Under the pieces are notes generated by a model that saw nothing but the letters and a program-made list of their open reading frames with translations, made no database searches and was not told where the DNA came from. A stretch of 64,000 bases of DNA from Pseudomonadota bacterium (GTDB lineage: Bacteria; Bdellovibrionota_B; Oligoflexia; Silvanigrellales; Silvanigrellaceae): contig JBDLRP010000024.1 in the NCBI GenBank assembly GCA_039799905.1, forward strand, positions 15,064-79,063, in the 5' to 3' direction. Below are positions 48,805-58,615 of the stretch, in pieces (position 1 is the stretch's first letter; each line of letters starts with the position of its first letter). A program made the translations under genes and the position numbers.

Positions 48805-50339
48805 TAGCGCAGCAGCTCCATGTTGCGCTTGATGTCCTTGTTGTTCGTATAGATATCAAAGAGCTTGCGCTGCATCAGAGACAAATACGTTTGCGCCGCG
48901 AGCCGCTGATCCGCCGACTGCAGGCGTTTGAGCCGTTCGTCGTCGGGAGTCAGGCCGTCTTTGCGGCTGACAAGACGCACGATTGATTTGCGGCCGGAGA
49001 AGTCCAGCACCTGGCCAGCCATGTCGCCTTTGTTTTTGAGCGTGAAAAGCACCGACAGCAGGGGGTCGGATTGCCCGAGGTCTTCAATGAAGCGTGTCCT
49101 TGGAGTGACGGGCTTCTTGACGACTTTCCACTCAAAGCCGTTCGCCTGCGCGAGAGTGTTGACCTCTGCCCATTTTTTTTCTGCCAGCAGCTTGTTGAGC
49201 TCGGTTTCGATACCGCTGCTCAATTCGGCTTTGACTTTTTCACTCAAGGCGCGTTCGGAGAGTTCAATTTTCACATCTTCGAATTTCCGCTCGAGACGCT
49301 CACGTGATTCCTGCCAATTGAGCAGACGGAAGCCGAAGGGGGTTTCGATGACCTCTGACAACGAATTGTCCTTGTTCAGCGCAAATGCGGCCGCCGCTGT
49401 TGCCGGGTCGATGTTGGATTGATCAATCCAGCCGATTTCACCCTTCGACAACTTTGCAGTAGCGTCATCATTGGTGCTGCCGGCGATGTTGGCAAACGAT
49501 TCACCTTTGACGATTCTGCCGCGGATGTCGGTCAACAGTTTCCGCGCGTCGTCCTTGCTGCGGTTTTTGGCTTCACCTTCTACCCGCTGTGCATCCTTGT
49601 GCGCGACCAAAATGGAAAGCACGCGAACCTGGGCAGGCCTGATGAACTCCGACTTGCTTTGTTCAAAAGCCTCTTTGAGTTTTGTTTCGTTGGCTGCATC
49701 TGAGGCGTAAGCCTTTGCATCTGCATCCAGCTTCTCTTTGAGCTTTGCAGGATTCGGCTGAACCGAGGCAAACTCAAGATTGAATTCTGTGCTGTCGCGT
49801 ACCGATTTTTCGGTGAGGATCTTCTTGGGCGTCACTTCCGGAAGGTAAATGAGTGCGCTCATCTTTTCGAGCATCATTGAATCGCGGCCCTGCTTGTGGA
49901 AATCGAGCTCGCTGATGTAACCGCTTTTGAGGAACTTCCTGTAAAGCGAGATGTCGAATTGCTTTGTTTTCTCGTTTTGAAACTCGGGCCGTCTGCGGAT
50001 CCACTGCGCGACCTCAAGGTCTGCAGGCGTCCAGCCAAGGCGTGTTGCCTCTTCCAACATCACTTTTTCCTGTATGAGCTGGTTGAGTGCCGACTGAATA
50101 TTGGCCTCACGGCGGCCCTCTTCGTTGCCGGTTTGGCGGTTGAGGTTTTCCACCGAGCGTTGCAATTCGAGCATTGTTACCGATTGGCTGCCCACCTGTG
50201 CGGCGAGATTCGTGTCCAGTCCGCCTTGGTTGGGCGAGACTCCGGTGATGGCGAACGCAAGAACACCGAGCGCAATCACGACGCCGACTGCCATAGATTT
50301 CGCACTGGGAGATAAAAAGCTTTTGCTGGATAAACGCAT
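48804..50339 (-). CDS. PpiD-like membrane-anchored parvulin chaperone (SurA N-terminal domain plus rotamase)
   Basis: N-terminal TM, AAQVGSQSV, PEFQ...FD...Y, GESFANIA..NDD...GEIGW, SEVIETPFGF. Confidence 0.85.
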   Translation of the reverse strand: MRLSSKSFLSPSAKSMAVGVVIALGVLAFAITGVSPNQGGLDTNLAAQVGSQSVTMLELQRSVENLNRQTGNEEGRREANIQSALNQLIQEKVMLEEATRLGWTPADLEVAQWIRRRPEFQNEKTKQFDISLYRKFLKSGYISELDFHKQGRDSMMLEKMSALIYLPEVTPKKILTEKSVRDSTEFNLEFASVQPNPAKLKEKLDADAKAYASDAANETKLKEAFEQSKSEFIRPAQVRVLSILVAHKDAQRVEGEAKNRSKDDARKLLTDIRGRIVKGESFANIAGSTNDDATAKLSKGEIGWIDQSNIDPATAAAAFALNKDNSLSEVIETPFGFRLLNWQESRERLERKFEDVKIELSERALSEKVKAELSSGIETELNKLLAEKKWAEVNTLAQANGFEWKVVKKPVTPRTRFIEDLGQSDPLLSVLFTLKNKGDMAGQVLDFSGRKSIVRLVSRKDGLTPDDERLKRLQSADQRLAAQTYLSLMQRKLFDIYTNNKDIKRNMELLR

Positions 50340-50520
50340 GCCTGCCTCTTGGTGGGGCTGTCGGATGACTGCAGCCGCTACAACCTTGTAGCAGCCAGTG
50401 GGAACACCGGTTCGCACCGAATCCTCACCCCAATCTTTTAGCACGCGAGCTTTCTTTTTCAACCAAGTGGCTATAAATTGAACACGTTATTGCACCCGGC
50501 TTACTTCTAAGGATGTCACC

Positions 50521-51420
50521 ATGCTTGTCTTTCGCAGATATGGCTTTGCGTTGCTTGTTTTGAGTGCATTCATCTTTCCGTTCGCCTTCTATTCCTCGGA
50601 TGTTTCGACGCGTCGCGACCTGTCCTTTATCGAAAAGGTCGTCTACACGATAAGCCGTCCGGTCGAACTCGCGTTTAATCTGGTGACCCACCAGTCGAGC
50701 GGATTGGTGAAATCTTACATCGACCTGCGCGGAGCGCGCGAGGAGGCGCGTCAGCTGAAAGAGGAAAACTCACGGTTGTCGGTGCAGATGCAAATGCTCA
50801 AAGAGGTCGAAAAAGAGAACGAGCGACTGCAAAAACTGCTCAATTTCGTCCGAGAAGTAAATCTGAAATTCGTATCCGGACAGGTGCGCAGTGCGGACCC
50901 GAGCTTTCTCTATCAGAGTATCCGTCTGAACCGCGGCGAGAACGACGGTGTTCTGCCTGGAATGGCAGTCGTTGCTGCGGAAGGCGCAGTTGGCGTGGTC
51001 ATGCGCACTCTGAAGTCATATTCTGACGTCCTGTTGCTCAACGACCCGAACTCGAATCTTGATGTGATTGTGGCGCGCAACCGCCGCCGGGGCATGCTAG
51101 AGGGGAGTTCTTCGCAGGGAATGATATTTAAATACGCCGACCGCGGCAGCAGAGTGATTGTCGGCGATGAAATTCTCACCAGCGGTCTGACCGGACCATT
51201 CCCGCGCGGGATTGTTGTCGGCAAAGTGAGCCGCATCCGTGTCGAGCCAGATGGCGTTAGCCAGTTGATTGAGGTTGAGCCGGCGGTCAACTTTGCCGAA
51301 GTTGCCGAAGCTCTCATTCTTCTGCGCAGCAGCCGCGAGGTTGAAGTGATCCGCAAGTTGGGTGGAGGCGACTGGATGAAGCGTCTGGTTGAGTCGGTGC
51401 CTGGACGCTCCGGGGGTTGA
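50521..51420 (+). CDS. mreC: rod shape-determining protein MreC
   Basis: TM, coiled coil ENERLQKLL, NRGENDGV..GMAV, GDEILTSG..GPFPRGIVVG. Confidence 0.95.
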   Translation: MLVFRRYGFALLVLSAFIFPFAFYSSDVSTRRDLSFIEKVVYTISRPVELAFNLVTHQSSGLVKSYIDLRGAREEARQLKEENSRLSVQMQMLKEVEKENERLQKLLNFVREVNLKFVSGQVRSADPSFLYQSIRLNRGENDGVLPGMAVVAAEGAVGVVMRTLKSYSDVLLLNDPNSNLDVIVARNRRRGMLEGSSSQGMIFKYADRGSRVIVGDEILTSGLTGPFPRGIVVGKVSRIRVEPDGVSQLIEVEPAVNFAEVAEALILLRSSREVEVIRKLGGGDWMKRLVESVPGRSGG

Positions 51421-51968
51421 TGATGATCCGCATGCGTGCGTGGCAAGTTCATGCCACTCTGATGTTCTTTTTGGGCATTGCGGTCGTATACCTGCAGGCT
51501 TACGGACTTGCGCGTGCGCGCACGCCATGGCTGCAAATTGATTTGGCCACCATTTTTGTTGTGTATGTTTCCATTGAGCATCTTCTGCTTGGTGCGCTGG
51601 TGCGGATTTTTTGTGTGGCTGCATTGATGCATATGTTTTCCGGTGCGCCAGACGGGTTTTATCTGATGTATTACTTGCTGGCACTCGTGGTGGCCAACCT
51701 GTTTTCGCGGGTGATTGCCTTGCACAAGCTGAGCAGCCAGATTCTGGTTTTTTCGGTTATTTTCGTTCTCAAGTTTGTTTTGATTTATGGGAGCCTTGTC
51801 AAGGCGCAGCGAATTTCCGGCATGCTGCCTTTTATTTTGTCGGTAGCGCCGAGTCTCATTGTGACAACGCTTTTGTCTGTTCCGCTGTTCAGTCTGCTCG
51901 CGCGCATCGATGGTTTGTTTGATGCAAGCGCACGCCGTGATCACCGTCAGGAACTCGTAGAGAGCTAA
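51417..51968 (+). CDS. mreD: rod shape-determining protein MreD
   Basis: Small polytopic membrane protein between mreC and mrdA; call rests on synteny and hydrophobicity. Confidence 0.8.
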   Translation: MMMIRMRAWQVHATLMFFLGIAVVYLQAYGLARARTPWLQIDLATIFVVYVSIEHLLLGALVRIFCVAALMHMFSGAPDGFYLMYYLLALVVANLFSRVIALHKLSSQILVFSVIFVLKFVLIYGSLVKAQRISGMLPFILSVAPSLIVTTLLSVPLFSLLARIDGLFDASARRDHRQELVES

Positions 51969-51982
51969 AGGGAGTTTGCCGC

Positions 51983-53989
51983 GTGGGCGACAATCGGTTT
52001 AAATCTGAAGTAGTCATTGACCCTCGCCGTATCTATGTTGCGATTGTCGTGTTCATTTTTTTGCTGCTCTCGCTCGGCGGGCGACTTTGGTATCTTCAGA
52101 TTCTTAAAGGCAAAGACTTTTCCATCGCTTCAGAACGCAACCGCGTGCGCGAAGTGACGCGTCCGGCGCCGCGCGGACTGATTTTCGACCGCAACGGGAG
52201 CTTGATGCTTTCGAACCGGCCGTTTTTTGATTTGGTTGTGATTCCCCAATATCTGCAGAATCGCGAGCAGACGCTCAAAATTGTTTCCGAGTTGTTCAGC
52301 ATTCCGCTTGAACAGATCGAAAAGCGTCTGAGCGAGTCGGCAGGTGTCCCGCACTTTGTTCCAGTGCGAATCAAGCGTAACCTGACTCTGCATGAAGTTG
52401 CGATGATGGAGTCCAACAAGTTCTTTCTGCCAGGTGTCGACGTCGACACAGCTCCGCGCCGCGACTATCAGCGCAGCGACTCGGCGCATTTGTTCGGCTA
52501 CCTCGGCGAGGTCACTAACCGCGAGCTCGACACTTTGAACGCAACGACACGAGACTACCAATACCGCGTAGGCTCAACCGTCGGGAAATTGGGCGTTGAA
52601 AAGAAATACGAGAGCAGCCTTCGCGGTCTTGAAGGCAAAGATTATCTTCAAGTGGATGCCTACGGACGTCTGCAGACCGCCAGTTCGATGGATTTCGGAC
52701 TGAGCCAGCGCAAGACCGCCCAACGCGGCCACGACATGTATCTGACAATTGATGACGACATTCAGCGCGCGGCCGTTGAGGCATTCCGCAACAAAAACGG
52801 CGCCGTTGTAGCGATGAACGCTCAGAATGGCGAGATTCTTGCCTATGTGAGTCATCCCAATTTCAGTTTGTCGATGTATCAGGACGGACTGACCGGCGAA
52901 GACTGGCAGCTACTGCAGACCAACCCGTTCAAACCTCTGCTCGACAAGGTCACCGGCGGAGCTTATCCACCCGGCTCAGTCTTCAAGTTGATCACTGCTC
53001 TTGCCGCCCTCGAGGAAGGTGTCGCATCGCCTCAGAGAACATACTCTTGTAATGGCGTCTTCTCGCTCGGAAACGGCAAATGGCGCTGCTGGAAGAAGAC
53101 TGGTCATGGTGTTGTCAACCTGCGCAAATCACTCGAGCAAAGCTGTGACGTCTACTTCTATCAGGTGGGTAACCTGCTGAACGTCGATCGCATTTCGAAG
53201 TGGGCTCGTGCATTTGGCCTGGGAGAAAAAACTGGACTCGATTTGAACATGGAAGTCACTGGAATCGTCCCGTCGACGGAATGGAAACTGCAAACCAAGG
53301 GAGCTCCTTGGCAGAGCGGTGATACTATAAACGTCTCCATTGGGCAGGGCTACAATCTGATGACTCCTCTGCAAATCGTGACGATGATGGCGGCGTTTGG
53401 AAATGGCGGAAAGGTTTTTCGTCCCTACCTGCTGAAAAAGATTGTCGACCAGCAGGGTAAAACAATCTTGGAAGAGAAGCCTTTGCTGCGCAAAAGGGCT
53501 GCGTTCAAACAAGAGAACATGACTGTGGTACAGGCCGGTTTGGAAGATGTTGTCATGAGCCCGACCGGAACCGGAAAAAAATCGGCTGTGAGCGGATTCC
53601 GCATCGCCGGCAAAACAGGAACTGCGCAGACAGCCGCGCTGAAGCGGACAAAGGATCAGGATGAGGTGCATTTTCAACAGCGCGACCACGCGTGGTTTGC
53701 TGCCTATGCGCCGGCAGAAAATCCTGAAATTGCCGTTGTCGCACTCAGTGAGTTTGACGGCGGCGGCGGTGGTTCGCAGGCTGCGCCCATCGTTCAGCAG
53801 GTGCTGGAAGCTTATCTGCGTAAGGCTCACCCTGAAAAATTTGTTTCCAGCAAGCTCTCGCAAAAAGTTGTCGAGCGTAAAACTCCGCTACAGAATCAGC
53901 GGGGCGCAGACGCCGATTCCGGAGGCGCTGTTCCGGCAGCTGCCGAAGGCGACGAACCGAGCGAAGACGACGACGCAGAACAAGACTGA
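51983..53989 (+). CDS. mrdA: penicillin-binding protein 2
   Basis: APRGLIFDRNG, GKLGVEKKYE, YPPGSVFK (SxxK), SCD (SxN-like), KTGT. Confidence 0.96.
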   Translation: MGDNRFKSEVVIDPRRIYVAIVVFIFLLLSLGGRLWYLQILKGKDFSIASERNRVREVTRPAPRGLIFDRNGSLMLSNRPFFDLVVIPQYLQNREQTLKIVSELFSIPLEQIEKRLSESAGVPHFVPVRIKRNLTLHEVAMMESNKFFLPGVDVDTAPRRDYQRSDSAHLFGYLGEVTNRELDTLNATTRDYQYRVGSTVGKLGVEKKYESSLRGLEGKDYLQVDAYGRLQTASSMDFGLSQRKTAQRGHDMYLTIDDDIQRAAVEAFRNKNGAVVAMNAQNGEILAYVSHPNFSLSMYQDGLTGEDWQLLQTNPFKPLLDKVTGGAYPPGSVFKLITALAALEEGVASPQRTYSCNGVFSLGNGKWRCWKKTGHGVVNLRKSLEQSCDVYFYQVGNLLNVDRISKWARAFGLGEKTGLDLNMEVTGIVPSTEWKLQTKGAPWQSGDTINVSIGQGYNLMTPLQIVTMMAAFGNGGKVFRPYLLKKIVDQQGKTILEEKPLLRKRAAFKQENMTVVQAGLEDVVMSPTGTGKKSAVSGFRIAGKTGTAQTAALKRTKDQDEVHFQQRDHAWFAAYAPAENPEIAVVALSEFDGGGGGSQAAPIVQQVLEAYLRKAHPEKFVSSKLSQKVVERKTPLQNQRGADADSGGAVPAAAEGDEPSEDDDAEQD

Positions 53990-54003
53990 AGGAGAACTGC
54001 AGG

Positions 54004-55122
54004 GTGCTTCTATTTTGGCAGCTGTTCAAAGAAAGATTTCGCGGGACTCCATGGTCTTTGCTGGTCACCGTTTACTTGTTGGTCGCGCTCGGTTTGTTCA
54101 ATATGTTCAGTGCCTCCGGAGCAGATGCTTCACCGGGGCGGTTCAATGACCAGTTCCAGTGGGCGGTGATTGGTACTTTTGCAATGATTTTCTGGGGAAT
54201 TATTCTTGATTTGCGCTCAATCGAGCGTCTGACACTGCTCAGTTACATCGTCGTCTGTTCGTTGTTGCTGGCAGTAGATATTTCGGGACAAATTGCCAAA
54301 GGTTCGCAGCGCTGGTTGATGATTGGACCCATCCGAGTGCAGCCCAGTGAACTCGCAAAGTTTGTCATCATTCTAATCGTTGCACGCAGTTTTGGTTTTG
54401 TGCGCGGGGTGCACGAATTTACCTTGCTCACATTGTGGCGGCAGATCATTGTTGTGTTGATTCCTTTTGTGTTGGTTCTTGTCCAGCCCGACCTTGGGAC
54501 CTCCGGCTTGGTACTCCTGATTGCCTGTTTCCAGATTGCATTTGTGCGCATCAATTGGACCAGCATCGCCATTGTTGCCTTCACCAGTCTGAGCGCATCG
54601 ATCATCGCCTGGAACTTTGTCTTGTATGATTATCAAAAACTGCGCGTGTTGAACTTCCTCAATCCGATGCGCGACCCCAAAGGTGCCGGTTATCACTCCA
54701 TCCAGAGCATGATTGCCGTCGGCAGCGGAGGGCTCTGGGGACGCGGATTTCAGCAGGGAACTCAGAGCCAGCTGAGTTTTTTGCCGGAACGCCACACCGA
54801 CTTTGCTTTTTCGGTGTGGGCTGAAGAACAGGGGTTTATCGGCTGTGCCGTTATTTTTGGCTTGTACTTGCTTCTGTTGCTGCAGATTTTCCAGATAGCA
54901 GAGAAGGCGCGCGACTCTTTTTCTGCATTGGTTGCCCTTGGTGTCGCAGGTTTTTTCCTTTTTCATTTTTTCATCAACGTTGCGATGGTGCTGGGCATGT
55001 TTCCGGTCGTGGGAGTTCCGTTGTCGCTCGTGAGTTATGGCGGCAGCCATATGCTCACAGTCATGAGCTGTGTCGGACTTCTGATTGCCGTTGAACGCCG
55101 CCGTGCTCTGTCGTCGACTTAA
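54004..55122 (+). CDS. rodA: SEDS peptidoglycan polymerase RodA
   Basis: KGSQRW, QPSELAK, QPDLGT, FLPERHTDF, PVVGVPLSLVSYGGS. Confidence 0.96.
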   Translation: MLLFWQLFKERFRGTPWSLLVTVYLLVALGLFNMFSASGADASPGRFNDQFQWAVIGTFAMIFWGIILDLRSIERLTLLSYIVVCSLLLAVDISGQIAKGSQRWLMIGPIRVQPSELAKFVIILIVARSFGFVRGVHEFTLLTLWRQIIVVLIPFVLVLVQPDLGTSGLVLLIACFQIAFVRINWTSIAIVAFTSLSASIIAWNFVLYDYQKLRVLNFLNPMRDPKGAGYHSIQSMIAVGSGGLWGRGFQQGTQSQLSFLPERHTDFAFSVWAEEQGFIGCAVIFGLYLLLLLQIFQIAEKARDSFSALVALGVAGFFLFHFFINVAMVLGMFPVVGVPLSLVSYGGSHMLTVMSCVGLLIAVERRRALSST

Positions 55123-55142
55123 TTTTGGGGCAATTCACAGAT

Positions 55143-55655
55143 ATGAGTGAGAATAATCAAAGCACTTCGGCACTTTCACGGCCGCGTATCTTTGTCATAG
55201 GCACTGCGGCGACGCTCGTTATGTGCGGGTTGGTTGTGATGTGTGTACCCAAGAAGCCTGACGTCATAGCCGACGCAGCAAGGCCGCAGGCGATTGCGGC
55301 GGAAGAGACACCCGCAGGCAATTCATCGTCTGCAGAAACGCAACAGGCTCAGGCGAGTGCTGCGGTGGTTTCGGCGACTGCTTCGGCTGGCGAAAAGTTG
55401 TATTCGAAGTACTGCGCCGGATGCCACGGCGACGACGGGCGTGCGCAAACGACCATGTCCCGCATGATGGCATCCAAGCCGACCAATCTGGCTGACGGTC
55501 CTTGGAAAGGCGCGCGCGAGGTTGCTGCGATTGTCGAGATCGTCAAGAATGGCAAGGGTTCCATGCCCGCATACAATAAGGAAATTTCCAGCGAGTCAGA
55601 CCTGCAAAGTCTTGCTGAGTACGTCTTGTCTCTGGAAAAGCGTGGTCAGAATTAA
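55143..55655 (+). CDS. membrane-anchored monoheme cytochrome c
   Basis: N-terminal TM, Ala-rich linker, CAGCHG, GKGSMPAY distal Met. Confidence 0.9.
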   Translation: MSENNQSTSALSRPRIFVIGTAATLVMCGLVVMCVPKKPDVIADAARPQAIAAEETPAGNSSSAETQQAQASAAVVSATASAGEKLYSKYCAGCHGDDGRAQTTMSRMMASKPTNLADGPWKGAREVAAIVEIVKNGKGSMPAYNKEISSESDLQSLAEYVLSLEKRGQN

Positions 55656-56305
55656 TGATGCGAATTCTCGGCATCGACCCCGGAACTCGGGTTGCAGGTT
55701 ACGGCGTGGTGGATCTGTACCCCGACGGCCGCATCGTCGGTGTTTCTGCGGGTGTATGGAGATTTGATGCCTCACTGCCGCTGGCAGCCCGTCTTGCTGC
55801 ACTTTCGACCGAGCTTTTGCGTGTTGTCGACCTTTACTCGCCGCACGGTGTGTGTGTCGAGCAGGCCTTCGTCGCTCAGAACATCCGCTCAGCACTGTAC
55901 CTTGGTCACGCGCGCGGTGTCGTTCTTGCGCATGCTCATCAGCGTGGATTATCGGTGCACGAGCTTTCGCCGACTGCGGTCAAAAAGGCAGTCCTTGCAC
56001 ATGGACGTTCAAGCAAGGAAGCCATCGCTCAAGCGCTTTCGCAAATCCTCAAAGTTTCTTTTCAGAATCTACCGCTCGATGCCAGCGATGCGCTTGCGAT
56101 TGCTTATGCTCATGCGCTGCGCGAAAAACTCGCTAGCACTCAGGGTGTCTCGTTGGAAGATTTGGTGAAGCAGAAAAAAGGTAAGCAGCGTGCCGGCGGG
56201 TCGCGCTGGGCCGCGGCCGATAATGCTCAGCGCGGGCGGTCGAGCAAAAAAAAGGCCGGCTTCGAGGTGTTCGCAGAAGGGCCTCGCAAGTTAAGGCAAC
56301 TTTAA
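55655..56305 (+). CDS. ruvC: Holliday junction resolvase RuvC
   Basis: ILGIDPG, VEQAF, LGHARGV, PTAVKKAV..HG..SK, DASDALAIA; basic C-terminal extension. Confidence 0.95.
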   Translation: MMRILGIDPGTRVAGYGVVDLYPDGRIVGVSAGVWRFDASLPLAARLAALSTELLRVVDLYSPHGVCVEQAFVAQNIRSALYLGHARGVVLAHAHQRGLSVHELSPTAVKKAVLAHGRSSKEAIAQALSQILKVSFQNLPLDASDALAIAYAHALREKLASTQGVSLEDLVKQKKGKQRAGGSRWAAADNAQRGRSSKKKAGFEVFAEGPRKLRQL

Positions 56306-57625
56306 TTTTGCAACGAATCCCTTGAGGTCTGCCAGCGAGTAAATCTCTTGGACACCCGTGGCCAGCCACTTGCAGGCAAACGTGTTGTTTTTGAGTTCAT
56401 CTTCACCGCGGAAGAGAACGGCTCGTGCGCCAGTGCGTTCTGCCCATTGAATTTGCTTGCCGAACTTGGTGCCAGACAATGTCGTTTCAACGCTGATACC
56501 GTTGGCTCTCAGTTCACGCGACAGTTCGAGCGCTGCGATTCTGTCGTTCTCTGAAAAGCGGATGACGGCCACATCCGTGCTGCGGCGCAGTGTTGGAGTC
56601 AGGCCATGCACTTCAAGGAAGTTGAGCAACGAAACGTCGCTGACTCCATATCCTATGCCCGGCAGAGGATCAGTTCCGAATGCGCCGACAAGGTTGTCAT
56701 ATCGGCCGCCACCGAACAGCGCACGGCGATTTTCCGGATGTGTGTCGTAAATTTCGAAAACAAGTCCTGTGTAATAATCGAACCCGCGCATGATCGATGC
56801 ATCAAAGCGGATGCATTCCGCAGGAATGAGTTTGTGCAGGCAGGCAAGGCGTTCGCTGAGCGCATCCAGATTTGTCGTCAGTTCACCCAACAGCGGCCGT
56901 AACTGATTGAGCGGTAGAGTCGTGAAGCTTTCGAGTGTTGCGATGTCGCTTTCCGACAGCCAGAGTTTGCCTGCTTCTTCGCGGAATGCCTCGGCCGAGA
57001 GTTTGTCTTTTTTGTCGAGCAGGCGAAGAATTGCTGATTTCTGTGATGAATTGAGTTTCAACACGCCAAAAAGCAGGTCGTCGACAAGTCCACGATGGTT
57101 GACGCGTATCTCGAAGTCGGTCGGCTTGGCGCCGAGACGAATGAGCAGGTCATGACACGTGAGCAAGACCTCGATGTCCTCATCGAGTGTTGTGCCGCCA
57201 AAGACATCGACGTTCAGCTGGTCGAATTCACGCAGGCGTCCGCGCTGTGGGCGCTCATAGCGCATGCAGGTGGGAATCGAATACCAACGGATGGGGCGAA
57301 CAAGCTCCTTGGCCTTTGAAGCCACCATGCGAGCTAGGGTCGGGGTCATCTCGGGACGGATACCCACTTTGCGGCCGCCGCGATCCTCAAACGAGTACAG
57401 CTGTTCGCTGACAATCTCTTCGCTGGACTTACTTGCATAAAGTTCGAGCGGTTCGAGGATAGGGCCGGCATACTCCTCGTAGCCATACCCTTCCAGAACG
57501 CTCTTGATGTGGGAGTACATCCAACTGCGAAGTCGCTGCAGTTCTGGATGAAAATCTCGCGTCCCGCGGTATCCCTGTGTGGACAGTGTCTGGCCTTCTT
57601 TGGTGCTGGACGGACTATTGGTCAT
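56291..57625 (-). CDS. hisS: histidine--tRNA ligase
   Basis: GTRDF, RPEMTP, RYERPQRGRLREF.Q, RGFDYYTG, GGGRYD, anticodon-binding domain. Confidence 0.97.
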   Translation of the reverse strand: MTNSPSSTKEGQTLSTQGYRGTRDFHPELQRLRSWMYSHIKSVLEGYGYEEYAGPILEPLELYASKSSEEIVSEQLYSFEDRGGRKVGIRPEMTPTLARMVASKAKELVRPIRWYSIPTCMRYERPQRGRLREFDQLNVDVFGGTTLDEDIEVLLTCHDLLIRLGAKPTDFEIRVNHRGLVDDLLFGVLKLNSSQKSAILRLLDKKDKLSAEAFREEAGKLWLSESDIATLESFTTLPLNQLRPLLGELTTNLDALSERLACLHKLIPAECIRFDASIMRGFDYYTGLVFEIYDTHPENRRALFGGGRYDNLVGAFGTDPLPGIGYGVSDVSLLNFLEVHGLTPTLRRSTDVAVIRFSENDRIAALELSRELRANGISVETTLSGTKFGKQIQWAERTGARAVLFRGEDELKNNTFACKWLATGVQEIYSLADLKGFVAKLKLP

Positions 57626-57793
57626 GGGTTGACTCCGGCAGGATGCATGTGGAACAGGCTGGCAAGGCTAGTCAAAAGCCGATGGATGTGTCAATTTTCT
57701 CGGCCATATGGACCACTCTGGACGGGTGCGGTATACGCCGCAGATTGGACGGATGGTATTCGGCTGCGTCTGGTTGATTTTGAGGCTCCGAGG

Positions 57794-58615
57794 ATGAACG
57801 AATTTTTTCAAAAATGGGATCTCGACCCCCTGAAGCTTCCACATCATGTGGGAATTATTATGGACGGTAACGGGCGTTGGGCGACCTCCCGTCGTTTGCC
57901 GCGCGTTGCGGGGCATAAAAAAGGCGTTGAACGCGTCAACGAGATCACAGAATTTGCAGTGAAGTGCGGGCTGCACGCCCTGACTCTTTATGCGTTTTCC
58001 GATGAAAACTGGCGGCGTCCGGAGGAAGAGGTCAGTGCGCTCATGAGCCTGCTTCGTCTCTATCTTAAAGCAGAGCGCAGCAAGATTCTCGACAACAACA
58101 TCCGCTTCAGGCTGATCGGTGACCGCGGCAAACTGTCGAGCGATATTCTCGAAATGGCCGTGCGTCTTGAGGATGAAAGTGCGTCCAACACAGGTTTGAA
58201 TTTGTGTATTGCGCTGAGCTACGGAAGCCGCGGCGAAATTCTCCGCGCCGTCCGCAAGGTACTCGACCGCATTGAAGCCGGAGAAATATATCCTGCCGAC
58301 ATTGATGAACAAAGTTTTGCCGACCACCTTGATACTGCCGGTCTGCCGGACGTCGATTTGGTGGTGAGAACAAGCGGTGAACAACGCATCAGTAACTTCC
58401 TGCTCTGGCAATCCGCCTATGCAGAGTACGCATTTGAACAGCTGCCTTGGCCGGACTTCACTGAAGCAGCTTTTGCCGCTTGCCTAAAACAGTATTGCGC
58501 GCGCGAACGTCGCTTCGGGCGGACGCCTGAACAGGTCCGTCAGACGGCGCAAGTTGAAGTTCGTAGGAAAGGGCAGCAGACACATCTGAGCCCAGTGAAG
58601 GCGAGCAGCCGATGA
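57794..58615 (+). CDS. uppS: undecaprenyl diphosphate synthase
   Basis: PHHVGIIMDGNGRWA, YAFSDENWRRP, YGSR, RTSGEQRISNFLLWQ, RRFG. Confidence 0.96.
   Translation: MNEFFQKWDLDPLKLPHHVGIIMDGNGRWATSRRLPRVAGHKKGVERVNEITEFAVKCGLHALTLYAFSDENWRRPEEEVSALMSLLRLYLKAERSKILDNNIRFRLIGDRGKLSSDILEMAVRLEDESASNTGLNLCIALSYGSRGEILRAVRKVLDRIEAGEIYPADIDEQSFADHLDTAGLPDVDLVVRTSGEQRISNFLLWQSAYAEYAFEQLPWPDFTEAAFAACLKQYCARERRFGRTPEQVRQTAQVEVRRKGQQTHLSPVKASSR

Noticed and set aside
50480..50496. TGAACACGTTATTGCA upstream of mreC as a sigma54 promoter
   Set aside because: It lacks the invariant GG at -24 and the spacing is one base short.
50913..51944. Long antisense or alternative-frame ORFs (e.g. 50913-51944, 12741-13580, 46882-47664, 4934-5683)
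   Set aside because: They overlap confidently identified genes on the other strand and show no motifs; these are shadow ORFs.
55655..56305. RuvC-fold protein as a TnpB/Cas12-like or transposon nuclease
   Set aside because: Size and motifs fit the cellular resolvase; no zinc finger, element ends or array.
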